From Octopus vulgaris (taxonomy: Eukaryota), in NCBI GenBank assembly GCA_951406725.2, contig OX597815.1:130944001-131008000 (forward strand): 64,000 nt of DNA, in the 5' to 3' direction. Both the position numbers and the translations under genes were made by a program. Below the pieces are notes generated by a model. It did no database searches. It was not told where the DNA came from and saw only the letters and a list, made by a program, of their open reading frames with translations. Below are positions 25,250-38,457 of the stretch, one piece after another. Position 1 is the stretch's first letter. Every line of letters begins with the position of its first letter.

Positions 25250-25330
25250 TTAATGTAGAATATAGAATATATAGTATAAATAATATATATATAGTAAAAT
25301 GAAATGAAGTGTTGATATATATATATATAC

Positions 25331-25370
<40 letters not shown>

Positions 25371-25473
25371 ATATGTATGTATATGTGCATGTCTATGTAT
25401 GTATGTTTGTATGTATGTGTGTATGTATGCCTGTGTGTGTGCATGCCTGCATATGTGTGTGTACACACACACA

Positions 25474-25514
<41 letters not shown>

Positions 25515-25546
25515 GTATGTTTATGTGTGTGCACATGTATATACAC

Positions 25547-25581
<35 letters not shown>

Positions 25582-25790
25582 TGTATGTATGTGTATGTAT
25601 GTATATTTGTGTGTGTGTATATAATATATATGTGTGTGTGTGTGTATATGTATGTGCATATATATATAATATATGTATGTATGTATATGTGTATGAGAAT
25701 GATGATAATATAATTATATGTCTGCCTATATATATATATATATATACACACACACATATACATATGTATACATATATGTGTTTGTGAAAA
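25250..25790. repeat. Compound (TA)/(CA)/(TATG) microsatellite
   Basis: Seen directly in the sequence. Confidence 0.9.
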
Positions 25791-26098
25791 TATGTGCATG
25801 GTTTAAAGATACATTGAAGAACTTACTCTAAACTTTGATTAGCAATTTGACAGCGAAACTGGTTAGTAAAATGTGATTTTCCTTTTGTAAAACCCCTTTT
25901 AGAAACAGCATACACTAAAGTTTTATTCAGCAAATTTTGTTTTACACATAAACTTTCTTCTCTATGAAAACTTTTCAGTAGTATGTGACTGTCTCTCTCT
26001 CTCTCCCTTCTGTGTTTAAAACTTCTCTTGTGAAAACTCGTTAATATTTTTACAGTAAAACAGTTATATGAAAGCCATAATTTTATATCTTTATCTTG

Positions 26099-26153
<55 letters not shown>

Positions 26154-26428
26154 CTGTTGTGTCTGGGGAGAGTCGTTTTCTTTTTGTGCCTTATAATGTA
26201 ACACACTCACTGGTAAAATTTCCACTTATTTCTTATTTTAATTTTCCGAAAAGGTTGCAAGACGCAATGAAAATTTTAGAAAAATAAAAATAAGAAATAA
26301 GTGGAAATTTTACCGGTGAGTGTGTTACATTATAAGGCACAAAAAGAAAATGTCTCTCCCAGACACAACAGAATATGCTTCAACACACGAACTCATATAG
26401 AGAATCTTGCAAACCAAATCCAAAAATG

Positions 26429-26430
<2 letters not shown>
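26154..26430. mobile_element. Foldback palindromic element with ~98-bp arms
   Basis: ctgttgtgtctggggagag...ccacttatttcttatttt is inverted at ~26272-26370. The right extension is homologous to 22832-22902. Confidence 0.75.
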
Positions 26431-26474
<44 letters not shown>

Positions 26475-26554
26475 ATATATATATATGTATATATATCTAT
26501 GTATAGTTATATTATAGAAATAGTTGCTGTTTATACTATAAAATAAAACTTGTT

Positions 26555-26586
<32 letters not shown>

Positions 26587-26698
26587 CATATACATACACA
26601 CACACACACACACACACATATATATGTATGCATGTATACATGCATACATACATACATGCATACATACATACATACATACATACATACATACATACATA

Positions 26699-27560
26699 CA
26701 GTGAAACATGGCTATGACGTCTGAGGACATGTGTAGGCTTGAAAGAAATGAAGCCAGTATGTTTTGCTGGATGTGCAATGTCAGTGAGCATGTTTGACAC
26801 AGTGTAAGCATCTTAAGAGAAAAGTTAGGTGTAAGAGGAATCAGATGTGGAGTGCAAAAGAGATGACTGTGCTGGTATGGTCATGCGATGTATCTAGACG
26901 AGGACAGCTGTGTAAAGAAGTGCCGATCTCTAACTGTGGAGGGAACCTGTGGTAGAAGTAGACCCAGGAAGACGTGGGATGAGGTGGTGAAGCATGATCT
27001 TTGAACTTTGAGCCTCACAGAGGCAATGACTGGTGACCAAGACCTTTGGCGATGTGCTGTGCTTGAGAGGATCCATCAAGCCAAATGCAATTGCGCTGGT
27101 GGCATGTAAAGAACATCTTTTGAATGTTGGGCCTCACAGAAGCAAAACGGTTGAGTCCCTCTCCAGTATTGGGCCTCATGGAAGCAAGGTGGCTGAGTTC
27201 CTTTCAAGTGTTGGGCTTCATGGAGGCTATGACCAAGAGCTTTGGCATTATGTTGTGCTTGAGAAGAAACCCCATCAAGCCAAGCAACATTGCAGCTGTG
27301 GCAGATACCGGTGTCATGCAAATTGGCTCCTGTGCTGGTGGCATGTAAATGCATCCTGGTATCATGCAAATGGCACCTGTGCCGGTGGCATGTAAAAGCA
27401 CCCATTACACTCTTGGAGCAGTTGGTTTTAGTAAGGGCATCTAGCCATAGAAAACCATACCAAATCAGACTGGAGTCTGGTGCAGCCTCCCGGTGTACCA
27501 GCCTGATCAAACCATCCAACCCATACCAGAATGGACAATGGACGTTAAATGATGATGATA
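26699..27560 (+). mobile_element. 5'-truncated RTE-type LINE with three 42-bp units
   Basis: SETW..LERNEASM..WYGH..RPRKTWDEVV and terminus. Confidence 0.85.
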
Positions 27561-28335
27561 CATACATGAAGGCTGCAAACTTGTGTTTGAATATTGCCAT
27601 CACTTGATCGAAAGTCCCACACATATGAAGGCTACGACCAGCCATTTTTGTGATAGATCTTACTTCTGTTTTTTTGTGATGCCTGTGCATGATGCTTCTT
27701 TATAGTGGGGAAAGGATTTGCACAAATCCAATCCCGCTCTCTGAACATGGACAACATAAACTCGAAAAGAAGAACTAGTCTACATCATTGAATATTGTCA
27801 GTGTTGCAGGTTTTCAGAGTTTATAGAGAGATGTTGTGATAACAACAAAGCGGACCTCCTACTCCCAGTGGACTAACCACACACCTTAACACCAGTCCAG
27901 GTATTTCCACGTGAATACATACATACACATGCACACATATTGTTGGCTGGCTGTTGACTGCTCATGAGCTCTTCCCCCCTTTGACAGGTCTTATTTTTTC
28001 TCCAGCAGGGTGTCAAACAACCACCCTCCTCACCAAATCAGCTTGATGGGGTTGCCAGTTTAGTCGCCAACAATCCGACCATGCAATGAGTTGTATTGGG
28101 TTACATGTTACCTACCTACCTACCTACCTACTGCCTACATACATTAATTCATACATACATACATACACACGTACAATTATACATATATACACACAGACAT
28201 ACATACATAGACACATACATACATAAGTATGTACACACATATATACATGCATACTTACATACACACACATACATACACACATACATACATGCATACCTAC
28301 CTACATACATACATACATGCATACAAACTTATATG

Positions 28336-31300
28336 CATGATGGCTGCCCACTCATTATTAAGTATCGCCATTGCACAAGGCTCATCTGTTATCAGTGCTT
28401 TGATTGAATGTGACTTTTTAGCCCAGCTAAATATCTACAATGTCTTGTACGGAATTGGCAGCTAAAACCTTTACCGGAAATAGTCAGCTGTAGTTGTAAC
28501 TGGGCTTCATGTACCTTTGCATGTCGTTTAAGTTCTCCCGCCGAATTACACTCCCTTCTACATACTTGACTGATATGATTAGTATGGTGTGTAACACCAC
28601 CACCAGTGGTCTGGTTGTCAATCATCTGTCTTGCTTTATGACTACGAAGATGACTCTTGAGTCCAGCTTTACTGAGGTAGGGTCTTGCACAGGCACTGCA
28701 TGTCAGCATCATAGGAAGACCCTTACCATCTGGAAGTGTAACAGTGATGCCTTCCTGACATCCCTCCTTACTTTTTCATGCGCAACTCGAGATTTCTCAA
28801 AAGTAGCTGTCCCCTCATGCACAATCCTTCTCCACCTGCTACAGTCAATAGCTATGCCCTCCCATGTATAAGAAGAGATGCAAGTATCTTTTAAGGAAGC
28901 CTTCAGCAAGTCCTTATACCTCTTTTTTGGTTTATGTGGAGGTCATTCTCCTTTAGCTAACTCTCCATAAAAGAGTTGTTTTGGCATCCTTGAATCCTTC
29001 ATCCTGACCAGATGACCACTCCATCTGAGCCTTTGCTTTAACACAAGAGCTTCTATACTTTCACACCGAGAACTTTCCAATATTTCAAGATCACTGATGT
29101 GGTCCTCCCACTTAATGCCATAGATCCATCTGAGACACATATGATGGAAACGTTCCAGTTGTTTAAGGTAGAATCGATATTTGACCCATGTCTCACTGGC
29201 ATAAAGAAGAGAAGAGAGCACACATGCCTTGTACATCTTTATCTTTGTCTTCCTGCATATGTCTCACCAGAGGCACCTTTCTAGCCTTCCAAAAGCATCA
29301 CTTGCTTTCCTATTTCTGTATGGAATTTCATTGTCCAAATTGCTATATTTATTAACAGTGCTTCCCAGATAGACAAATTGATCAACTACATCAAGTCGTT
29401 TACCATACACATAGATATTTGGTTCACTATACTGCTTACCAGGGGCAGGTTGGTACATGACAACAGTTTTCTTAAGACTGACTGTCAATACCAAGGCAGT
29501 GCAAGCATCAGAGAATGCATTCAAAATGTGTTGCATATCAATCTCTGTGTGCGCTACTAGATCACAATCTGACATTTTCCCTCTAACATTAACCCTACCC
29601 TTCATGTCTTCATGAAAAGACCTAACCAAAACAAGGAACTTTTCAGGACACCCAAGTTTCTGGAGGACTTTCCACAGTGCATTTCTATTAACGGTATCAA
29701 AGGCTTTTGTCAGATCGACAAATACCTGATATAAATCCAGAGACTGTTCTACACACTTCTCCCGAAGGTGTCTAGCTGAAAAGATCACATCAGCAGTGCT
29801 GCATCCCACATGAAAGCCAGATTGACTTTCTCAAAGAACACAATCTGCAATGTGTTTCAGCAGATGATCCAGAAGTATCCATGCATAAAACCTTTCCTGT
29901 GACAGAAATCAATGATATTCCTCTATAGTTATCACAATCATTCCTGTTGCCCTTTCCCTTATATAAGACCACCATTACTGTATTTCTCCGGTCCTCAGGT
30001 ACCGATTCCCTAGCCCATATCCTACCAAACAAAGAGTGAAGTTGCTGCAGAAGTTTCTCACCACCATGCTATAACAATTCCGCATATATGCCATCCATAC
30101 CCGGAAACCTCCCATTAGTCATCCTTGAGACAGCCACTGCAACTTCTTCCAACTTTGGTGGTTCTATGAGAGCCGCCTTCACAGGTAACTCAGGGATGAG
30201 ATTGAGAACATCCTCACTATCTACAGACTGCTGATTCAAAAGTTCATCAAAGTGCTCTCATCATCTTTGCAGAATTCCTTGTGAATCATGCTTCGAAGTG
30301 GTGTCATCAGAGAAGTCGGTCCATAAACTTCTCACAAGAGACCATACAACAGCTTTGTGTTATTGGAATCCGACGACGCCTGTATCTAATCAGCCTTCTT
30401 ACTCCACCATGTATCCATCATCTGAGAGAGCCTCCACCACACACATGATTTTACATCCTTGAGTTCTCTATGCAACGCTTTCCTCTCCTGTGGCTTTGCT
30501 GACAAATAGTGTGACAAAGTAGATCTTTTATCAGCGAGTATATCATCTATATGTTCATTATTTTCTTTAAACCAATCTTGATGCTTTCTTTGTATCAATC
30601 CCAGAACTTTCTTGCCTATATCATAAACTGACTTTTTAAGGGTCGGCTAATCCTCCCCAATATCTGCAACATTCATTTCCTCTCGTAAAGTTCTCTTTAC
30701 ACTATTACACCTAAGATGATCAACATTCAGTCTTTTAGGCAGGGTAATACCTGCAGCCTTAATTTTACATTTTGCGACTAATTTCACTTTTGCATGTACT
30801 AGGCAGTAGTCAATCCAACACTCAGCCCCATGAAGAACATGAACACATTGCACATCTCGTCTGTCATGCACCCTAACATCAATGTGGTCTTAAACTTATT
30901 CTTTTGTTGAAACACGGTATCGGTAACACAGACGCAGCTCCTCACACATCTGCAGCAGAAGCATGCCATTACACTTTCCTACCCCATGCTTTCCAACTAC
31001 AGTCCATACATATATATATGTACACACACACATGCAGTCCAATTACTACCCACTCTAGCATTGAAGTCACACAGTACGATGACTTTGTCTGCCTGAGGGA
31101 TATTTCTTATAATGCTCTTCAAAGCATGGTAGAAAGAAACTTTTATATCATCAGTATAGCACATAGTTGGAGCATACACACTCACCAAGGTCACATAATT
31201 TCCTTTAACCAAAGGAATTCTCATAGACATAAGATGCTTGTTAATCCCGACTGGGAATTCTTCCAACTTGTCCACAAGAGTAGTCTTAACAACAAATGCC

Positions 31301-31441
31301 ACTCCAGCCTCTCCTCTAAACTCTTCATTCCTCCCTTTCCAAAAGAATGTATATTTTCCACAAGATTCTGTAAGATGGCCATCTCCAGCTAATCTTGTCT
31401 CAGATAAAGCAACGATGTCAAGATCATAGCGTCGAAGCTCT
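28336..31441 (-). mobile_element. BovB-like RTE LINE (APE endonuclease, RT, three C2H2-type fingers), decayed
   Basis: DIVALSETR, VSVYAPT, DFNARVG, NYRGISL, FVDLTKAFDTVNR, FVYLGS, LLYASETW, RLRWSGHLVRM..RMPKQLFYGEL and CSACARPYLSKAGLKSHLRSH. Many frameshifts and deletions. Confidence 0.92.
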
Positions 31442-31774
31442 TTACATACTTACATACTTACATGCATACATACAAGATGGAGCCATCAACATCAGATGTG
31501 CAGATGTAAAGGATTGTTTAAAATTTCATTTTGAATACTTTCTTCTACATTTATGCTGACTCTTCTTGCCTAAATTAGTAACTGGTTTATTTCTCCTATT
31601 ATAAATAAAAAAAAACATCTTTTACTTACCAAAGTAACTTTATTCAGACAGATTTTTAAAATATATTTTATACTACATGGAATTTTGTTAACATAATCAT
31701 GGCTGAAATTATAGCAGCACTGATGAAAACAACAATACAGTGTCAGTAAGCTATCTGAGAGGATGCAGGTACTA

Positions 31775-31933
31775 AGTGGAACAGTAAAAATGTGCAAGAC
31801 TTCTCTTAAATTTAAGATGTGACTTTGTTTTTGTTCCCTACATTCCGATGATAGAGCTTTGTATCTTTGTTAGAAATCAGCTCCTTCTTCAGAGGAACCA
31901 TTTATATGAGCAAAAACAGAATATAACATACAT
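31775..31933 (+). mobile_element. 3' end of an R4/Dong-like (restriction-like endonuclease) LINE
   Basis: SGTVKMCKTSLKFKM* and a 3' UTR homologous to 36596-36752. Ends acatacat. Confidence 0.55.
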
Positions 31934-32589
31934 TTGGAGCTTGGCACAGTCGCCTGGCTTGTTGGCTGCAGTCAAACCATCTTATCCATGGAAACAGACA
32001 CAAAATGATGTTGGTGATATGGATGAATATATGTACACAACTGCCTTTTATACCATATCCATTGATTAGTTTTACTGAGTAGGCATTGGTTGATGTGAGG
32101 CTATAGCAGAAGACACTTGCCCAAGGTGGCATGCATTGAGATAGAACTCAAAACCACTTGGTAACAAAAAGAACACCCTATCTACACAGCCATGTATGAA
32201 TGTCACAGAATAATTGTTGGCTTTCTATAAATCTGAAACTTTGTGAGAAAGATGCCATAATAAATCCAAGTAGTCAGGTATCTTTCTAAAAAGGTTATTA
32301 CAAGTCATATAGTAGAGTAAGCACTGTCAATGAGTCTATATTGAAATTGATGATTTAGGGAGGACAATCACCTGGCCCCTCTTTTCACTCATGCCAATGA
32401 TATCTGCTTTTATCTTTCTAATACAAACACTCAAGTATTGCTGTTTCAACAAGAACATTTTTATTTACTCATACTCACTCCTATCTACATAGATCTCAAA
32501 CACAAGAAAAGAAGATATTAAACATGGATACAGGTCATTGTCCATCCTCCATATTTTCTCACCAACATTATTTTGTTTGTTCATTCATC

Positions 32590-32874
32590 TCTTTTACTCT
32601 TTTACTCTTTTACTTGTTTCAATCATTTGATTGCAGCCATGCTGGAGCACCACCTTCTGTCAGGCAAATCAACCCCAGGACTTATTCTTTGTAAGCCTAG
32701 TACTTATTCTATCGGTCTCTTTTACCGGACCGCTATCTTACGGGGATGTAAACACACCACCATCGGTTGTCAAGCGATGTTGGGGGGACAAACACAGATA
32801 CACAAACATATACACATACATACATACAAACATACATACATACATACATACATACATACATACACACACATACA

Positions 32875-32942
<68 letters not shown>

Positions 32943-33125
32943 TACATATACATGTATATATATATATGATGGGCTTCTTTCAGTTTCTGTCTACCAAAAT
33001 CACTCACAAGGCTTTGGTCGGTCAGAGGCTATAGTAAAAGACACTTGCCCAAGGTGCCACGTAGTGTGAACCAACCCGGAACCATGTGGTTGGTAAGCAA
33101 GCTACTAACCACACAGCGACTCCTG
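32590..33125 (-). mobile_element. Full SINE family A with internal (TACA)/(TA) microsatellite
   Basis: tRNA-like head, internal SSR, aataagtactaggcttacaaagaataagtcctgggg body and (GTAAAAGA)n tail. Confidence 0.85.
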
Positions 33126-33353
33126 TTGAATATCCATTCTTTTTTCTATGGTGGCAAGTGCTGGATAAGGACTTATTTGAGGCAGAATTTTATAGCTGGA
33201 TGCTCTTCCTGTTGCCAACACTTATGTAGTTTTCTAGTATGGAGACCAAAGTCATGTTGTCAACAGAGAATATAAACATAACATTATTTTGCTTAAATGG
33301 GGGACTAGCAAAAATGTAGAATGTGAATATTCAAACACATACATGCCCACCCC

Positions 33354-33403
<50 letters not shown>

Positions 33404-35124
33404 ATTGGCATTAGAAAGGACATTTAGTCATAGAAATGCCAAAGCAGACCGAAAAGCTTGGAGCAGCTCCTGTCAAACTACCCAACCTATTGCAGCATGG
33501 AGAATAGATGTTAAATGACAATGATGATGATGATATGTATGTGTTTTTGGGCTCATGGTTTATAGTGATTACTTATGTTGATATTGCTTGATTGATTTCA
33601 TGGATAATCTTATTAGGCTAGGATAATACTTAATTAATGGTTTCTAGTTTTGGAAAGTTCTGTGGTTTATATATATATATATATATATATATGTTGGTTT
33701 AAATTAAAACAGTTGACATTGAACTGAGGTGCTGTTTAGTATTTCTGAATCCCAAACTCTGTGGTTGGAAAGCAAACTTCTGAACCAAACAGCTATAAAA
33801 TACACTTTACTCACAACAGCTCAGTCTACCACCACCACCACCATCGTTACCCCCATCATCACCATCAGCAACAATTGCTTTCCATGCTGGCTGACATGGG
33901 CTGAACAGTTTGACAGGGTCCAATGTACTGCAGAGCTGCATCAGGTCCCAGTATTGGCTCTAGCATGGTTTCTAAGGTGAGATGGTCTTCCTAATGCTAA
34001 CTACTTTCCAATGTGTACTGAGTACATTTCTTGTGGTGCTGACACTAGTGAGGTCACCAAGTAACTTTGCAAGACAAAATAAAGAAAAAATGAGATAGAA
34101 CCCCCGCCCCCACTGAGTGAGAGTGTATTTGAGAGAGGAGGAAGTGGTTTTATACCAAGTATTCTGAAACAGAAAAATCCAGTAGGGTAATATAAAAGAT
34201 CATTGTAGGGTTGAAGGATATTTTGGTAAATTGCAGTTTGTAGGATTTAATGCTGCCATTTTTCACAAAAATCAAACAAAAGCCTGCAGTTCTATTATTT
34301 TAGTTAAACATTCATAAGAGGGAATATGTATGTAAAATTCTAAGAAATTCATGTTTTTTATGGCACTATTATTATTATGCTAAATTAATTTTAACTGGAA
34401 GCTAAAACCAGACTGCTGGCTCAGATATGTACAAGCTAACATGTTAAACAACAGTATCTTACTTTCTAATAATTATATATTAAAAATATGAAGATTTGAG
34501 TATGTTAAAGCACAGGAATTTAAAGCCAAATTATATATTATTGTCACTAGAAACAAAGAAAGAAAATTGTCTTCTCATATCGTTTTGAACTGTACAGAAT
34601 AATTGGTTTCCAACTGTATGTGATGATGATGACTTCCTCTGAACAGTACTCATACATCATATTTATTGAGATATTGCAATTTAAAACATCTGCTCTTTAT
34701 AAGCTGCCTCCGGGTTCTAGCAACATAAGTCTAGTATGTACAACGTTAATGAAACAGTAAAGTAGAATTGTAATATTGTCAGAAAAATCGTTTGAATGAG
34801 AAATGTTTGTATTTGACTCCATGATATGAAGCAACAATGATTACAGTCAAAGTAAAAGCTGGAAAGAAAATTGAAGTAGCAAGCAGTCTTGTGCAGAAGA
34901 GGCAGGAGACTACCCACAATCTATATATTAATCATTAAATTGCCTTCTCTTTATTTATGAAATATTGTTTCAGTAATAGTAGAAATACTGTTGTTGTTGT
35001 ACTTTTTCTTGTTTTACTTGTATTTTTTCCATGGTAGCTTGAGTGGAGCTGCTTTGCAAATTTGAAAACATCTCTATTGTATATCTCTAAATGGTGCTTC
35101 TTAATATTTTACTCTCCATAAAAT

Positions 35125-35415
35125 TTCAAGATGGCAGAATAGTTAGCATACCAGACAAGATACTTAATGGAATTTCTTTTGTATTTTTAAGGCAACTAGC
35201 TAGTAGAATCATTACAATGCCAGACAAAAATGCCAGACAAAATGCTTAGTGGTGTTTTATCTGTCTTTGCATTCTGAGTTCAAATTCTGCTGAGGTTAAT
35301 TTGCTTTTCATCCTTTCAGGGTCGATGAAATAAGTACGGGTTAAGCACTGGAATGATGTAATTAACTAATTCCTTCTCCTGAAATTGCTGGCCTTCTGCC
35401 AAAACTTGAAACTAA
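35125..35415 (+). mobile_element. SINE family B with duplicated head
   Basis: Family match. taatattttactctc occurs at 35102-35116 and 35413-35427. Confidence 0.75.
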
Positions 35416-35664
35416 TATTTTACTCTCTGTATTGCTAGATAACTATTAAATCATTACTAATGACTGATGTTTTCATTAGGGCTGAAGAAAAACCATCATC
35501 ACCATTGTTGTTTTAACATTCACTGTTCCATGCTTGTATTCATGAAACAGAATTTTTACTGAGGTAGATTTTCTGTTACTAGATGTGATTCCTGTTGCCA
35601 ACATTCACCTGTTTCCAAGCAAGTTAATATTTCCCATTGGCCTGACATGTTTATACACAATATA

Positions 35665-35984
35665 ATGTGCCAGTGACACCTAAAGAGCACCATTCGAGTG
35701 TGGTCAATGCCAGTGCTGCTTGAGTGGATCCCGTGCCAGTAGCATGTAAAAAACACTATTTGAGCATGGTTGTTGCCAGTGCCACCTGACTGGACCCGTG
35801 CCAGTGGTATGTAAAAAACACCCACTACACTCTCTAAGTGGTTGGCATTAGGAAGGGCATCCAGTTGTAGAAACCTTGCCAGAACAGACTGGAGCCTGGT
35901 GCAGCCTCCTGGCTTGCCAGCCCCAGTCAAACTGTCCAACCCATGCCAGCATGGAAAGCAGACGTTAAACGATGATGATGATGA
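35665..35984 (+). mobile_element. (GAT)n-tailed RTE-type 3' end
   Basis: 60-bp units and terminus. Confidence 0.8.
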
Positions 35985-36069
35985 GGATTAGAGAGGAATG
36001 ACACTGCAATGTGAAGACCAACAAACACAAACATACACTTATATCACTTACATGTACATTATTATTAAT

Positions 36070-36405
36070 TCGTCTGTTGTCAACAATGACCAAGGACATC
36101 ACATGGGAAAAGAAGTCGGGTCACATTGTGTCCAGTGGTGGTCAATCACTCTGATGTGTGCTTCGAAGGCTCTGCCACAGGTTGGACACTGTGGGATTGA
36201 AAGCAAGGAATTGGTTCTAGACTTGCACAGTTCACGTTTTCTTTCTTCTCTTGTAATCAGGCTGGGTAGTCTTGTGCTTGCATATCCTGGGTGTCTGGGT
36301 TGATCTCAAAGCACTTCAGTGAGGCTTTAAATGTATCCTGAAAGCAGATTTTCTGTCCACCTTGTGTGCAATTACCTTCAACCAGTTTGCTGTAAAACTG
36401 TTTCT
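36070..36405 (-). mobile_element. 3' fragment of another BovB-like RTE
   Basis: KQFYSKLVEGNCTQGGQKICFQDTFKASLKCFEINP and a terminal CPTCGRAF..H finger remnant. Confidence 0.7.
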
Positions 36406-36432
36406 TGTACATACATACATACATACATACAT

Positions 36433-36499
<67 letters not shown>

Positions 36500-36500
36500 T

Positions 36501-36752
36501 GTTAGTAAATGCTTAAAGGAGAATCTAGATAAACTTGGATTTTCAGAAAGAGAAACTGACCAGCTAATTCGTACATTACAAGTGCAATCTGTGAGTGGAA
36601 CAGTAAAAATATACAAGACTTTTATTAAGTTCCAAATGTGAATTTGTCTGTGTTAACTACATCCCAAATATGGAGCCTTGTATCTTTGTTGGAAACCAAC
36701 TCCCTCCTTAATGGAAGATTTATAATAATTAAAAAATAGAAGAGACATACAT
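36501..36752 (+). mobile_element. 3' end of an R4/Dong-like LINE
   Basis: VSKCLKENLDKLGFSERETDQLIRTLQVQSVSGTVKIYKTFIKFQM* resembles the C-terminus that follows the RLE domain. Bounded by acatacat on both sides. Confidence 0.6.
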
Positions 36753-36777
36753 CACAAGTTTCTTTCAGTTTCCTTCT

Positions 36778-38407
36778 ACTAAGGAAAGTCAAAATGTACC
36801 ATCTTCACCATCACTAACAGCAAACTCCATAACAACTATGGAATTTACACCTGAAATGCTGCGACGTCACCTTCAAAATAAGCGCAACTATGCCTCCTCT
36901 GGTCTCGATGGAGTTACATACCTGCTTCTCAAACGTGGCAGGCACTTCCTTTTACACCAGCTTTCTATTTTCTTCCAGTACTGTCTCAACAATGGTGCTA
37001 CTCCGGAGCAGTGGAAAACTGCCAGTGTCATTCCTCTGTTCAAAAAGGATGACCGCACATCACCTGTCAACTATCGCCCAGTCAGTCTCACTAGCTGTAT
37101 TGCAAAACTGATGGAATCGTGTGTCAGAGAAACACTCTGGAACTTCTGGAGCTCTCACAGTCTCATCCGACCCTCACAATATGGATTTGTCCCTAACTCC
37201 AGCTGCAGTAACCAGCTTGTCGAGTTCCTTGAGGACATTACTCAGATCACTGACAGTGGCTCATGGGTGGATGTTGTCTACCTTGACTTTGCTAAGGCTT
37301 TCAACTCTGTGCCACACAAAAGGCTTATGGTGAAACTCTCTGCAATGGGTGTGGGGGATGACCTTTTTAACTGGTTGAAATCCTTCATCCTCAGCCGAAA
37401 GGAGGTAGTCACAGTCCTAGGACAGCACTCTACACCATATGAGATGTCATCGGGTGTACCACAGGGATCTGTCCTTGGTCCCCTCCTGTTTGTGGCATAC
37501 ATTAATGACATAGATGCCAATTTAAAGAATGCCACAGTATTGAAATATGCAGACGACATCAAGCTGTACCTTGAAATCAAGAGGACTGATCCTGATGTCT
37601 ACAACTCTTTCCTGCAATCAGACCTAGACACAATGCAGCAATGGATCACAGACTGGCAACTGAAACTGGCTGTGGACAAGTGTACCACCATGCATTTTGG
37701 GAGAAAAAACCCTGCGTCCACATACTCCCTTCACAACACTGATATCAAGAAATCCTCTTGTGAGCGTGACCTAGGCATCACTGTCAGCAGTGATTTGCGT
37801 TGGACAAAGCATATCTCTAAAATTGTCAAGAAGGCCGAGGGTGTCTTGGCATCACTCAGCAAGACTTTTGTTAGCCGCTCTCCAGCCATCTATTTAAAAC
37901 TGTATACAGCTATGGTACGACCACACTTGGAATTCGCATCATCAGTTTGGAATCCCTATCTTGCTCAGAACATTGACCTCCTGGAATCTGTCCAGAGACG
38001 TGCAACCAAACGCATACCCTCCATCAGACACCTACCATATTCTGAGCGCCTTGTTTCCCTGGGCATGGATTCACTGAAGCTCCGGCGTCTGGCGACGGAC
38101 TTGGTAAACACCCACAAGGTTATCAACCACCTCACCAACAACAACACTGAACACCTTTTTGATCTCCATGTGTCTAACACACGTGGACATGCCTACAAAG
38201 TCAGAAAACAGCACAGCTCCCATGACTTTCGGAAACATTTTTTCACGCTCAGGGTTGCTGAAGCGTGGAATAAACTGCCTGCATCAGTTGTTGACTGCCA
38301 TGACACTGCATCCTTTAAGGCCCTCATGCTTCCCGAAATCCGTCGAAACTACACCTGATTATATATACACTTTAGATGAGTTGTAGTGCACCTGGGCACT
38401 GTACACA

Positions 38408-38454
<47 letters not shown>

Positions 38455-38457
38455 CAT
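36778..38457 (+). mobile_element. Young 5'-truncated CR1-clade LINE inserted into a family A SINE
   Basis: Uninterrupted RT ORF, 3' stem-loop gtagtgcacctgggcactgtac and (TTA)n tail. The host SINE halves are at 36755-36782 and 38458-38596. Confidence 0.92.
36838..38358 (+). CDS. CR1-type reverse transcriptase (ORF2 C-terminal 506 aa; endonuclease missing)
   Basis: NYRPVSLTS, QYGF, YLDFAKAFNSVPH, GVPQGSVLGPLLF, YADD, ERDLG, VRPHLEF, LESVQRRATK, TRGH, FFTLRVAEAWNKLP. Confidence 0.9.
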   Translation: MEFTPEMLRRHLQNKRNYASSGLDGVTYLLLKRGRHFLLHQLSIFFQYCLNNGATPEQWKTASVIPLFKKDDRTSPVNYRPVSLTSCIAKLMESCVRETLWNFWSSHSLIRPSQYGFVPNSSCSNQLVEFLEDITQITDSGSWVDVVYLDFAKAFNSVPHKRLMVKLSAMGVGDDLFNWLKSFILSRKEVVTVLGQHSTPYEMSSGVPQGSVLGPLLFVAYINDIDANLKNATVLKYADDIKLYLEIKRTDPDVYNSFLQSDLDTMQQWITDWQLKLAVDKCTTMHFGRKNPASTYSLHNTDIKKSSCERDLGITVSSDLRWTKHISKIVKKAEGVLASLSKTFVSRSPAIYLKLYTAMVRPHLEFASSVWNPYLAQNIDLLESVQRRATKRIPSIRHLPYSERLVSLGMDSLKLRRLATDLVNTHKVINHLTNNNTEHLFDLHVSNTRGHAYKVRKQHSSHDFRKHFFTLRVAEAWNKLPASVVDCHDTASFKALMLPEIRRNYT

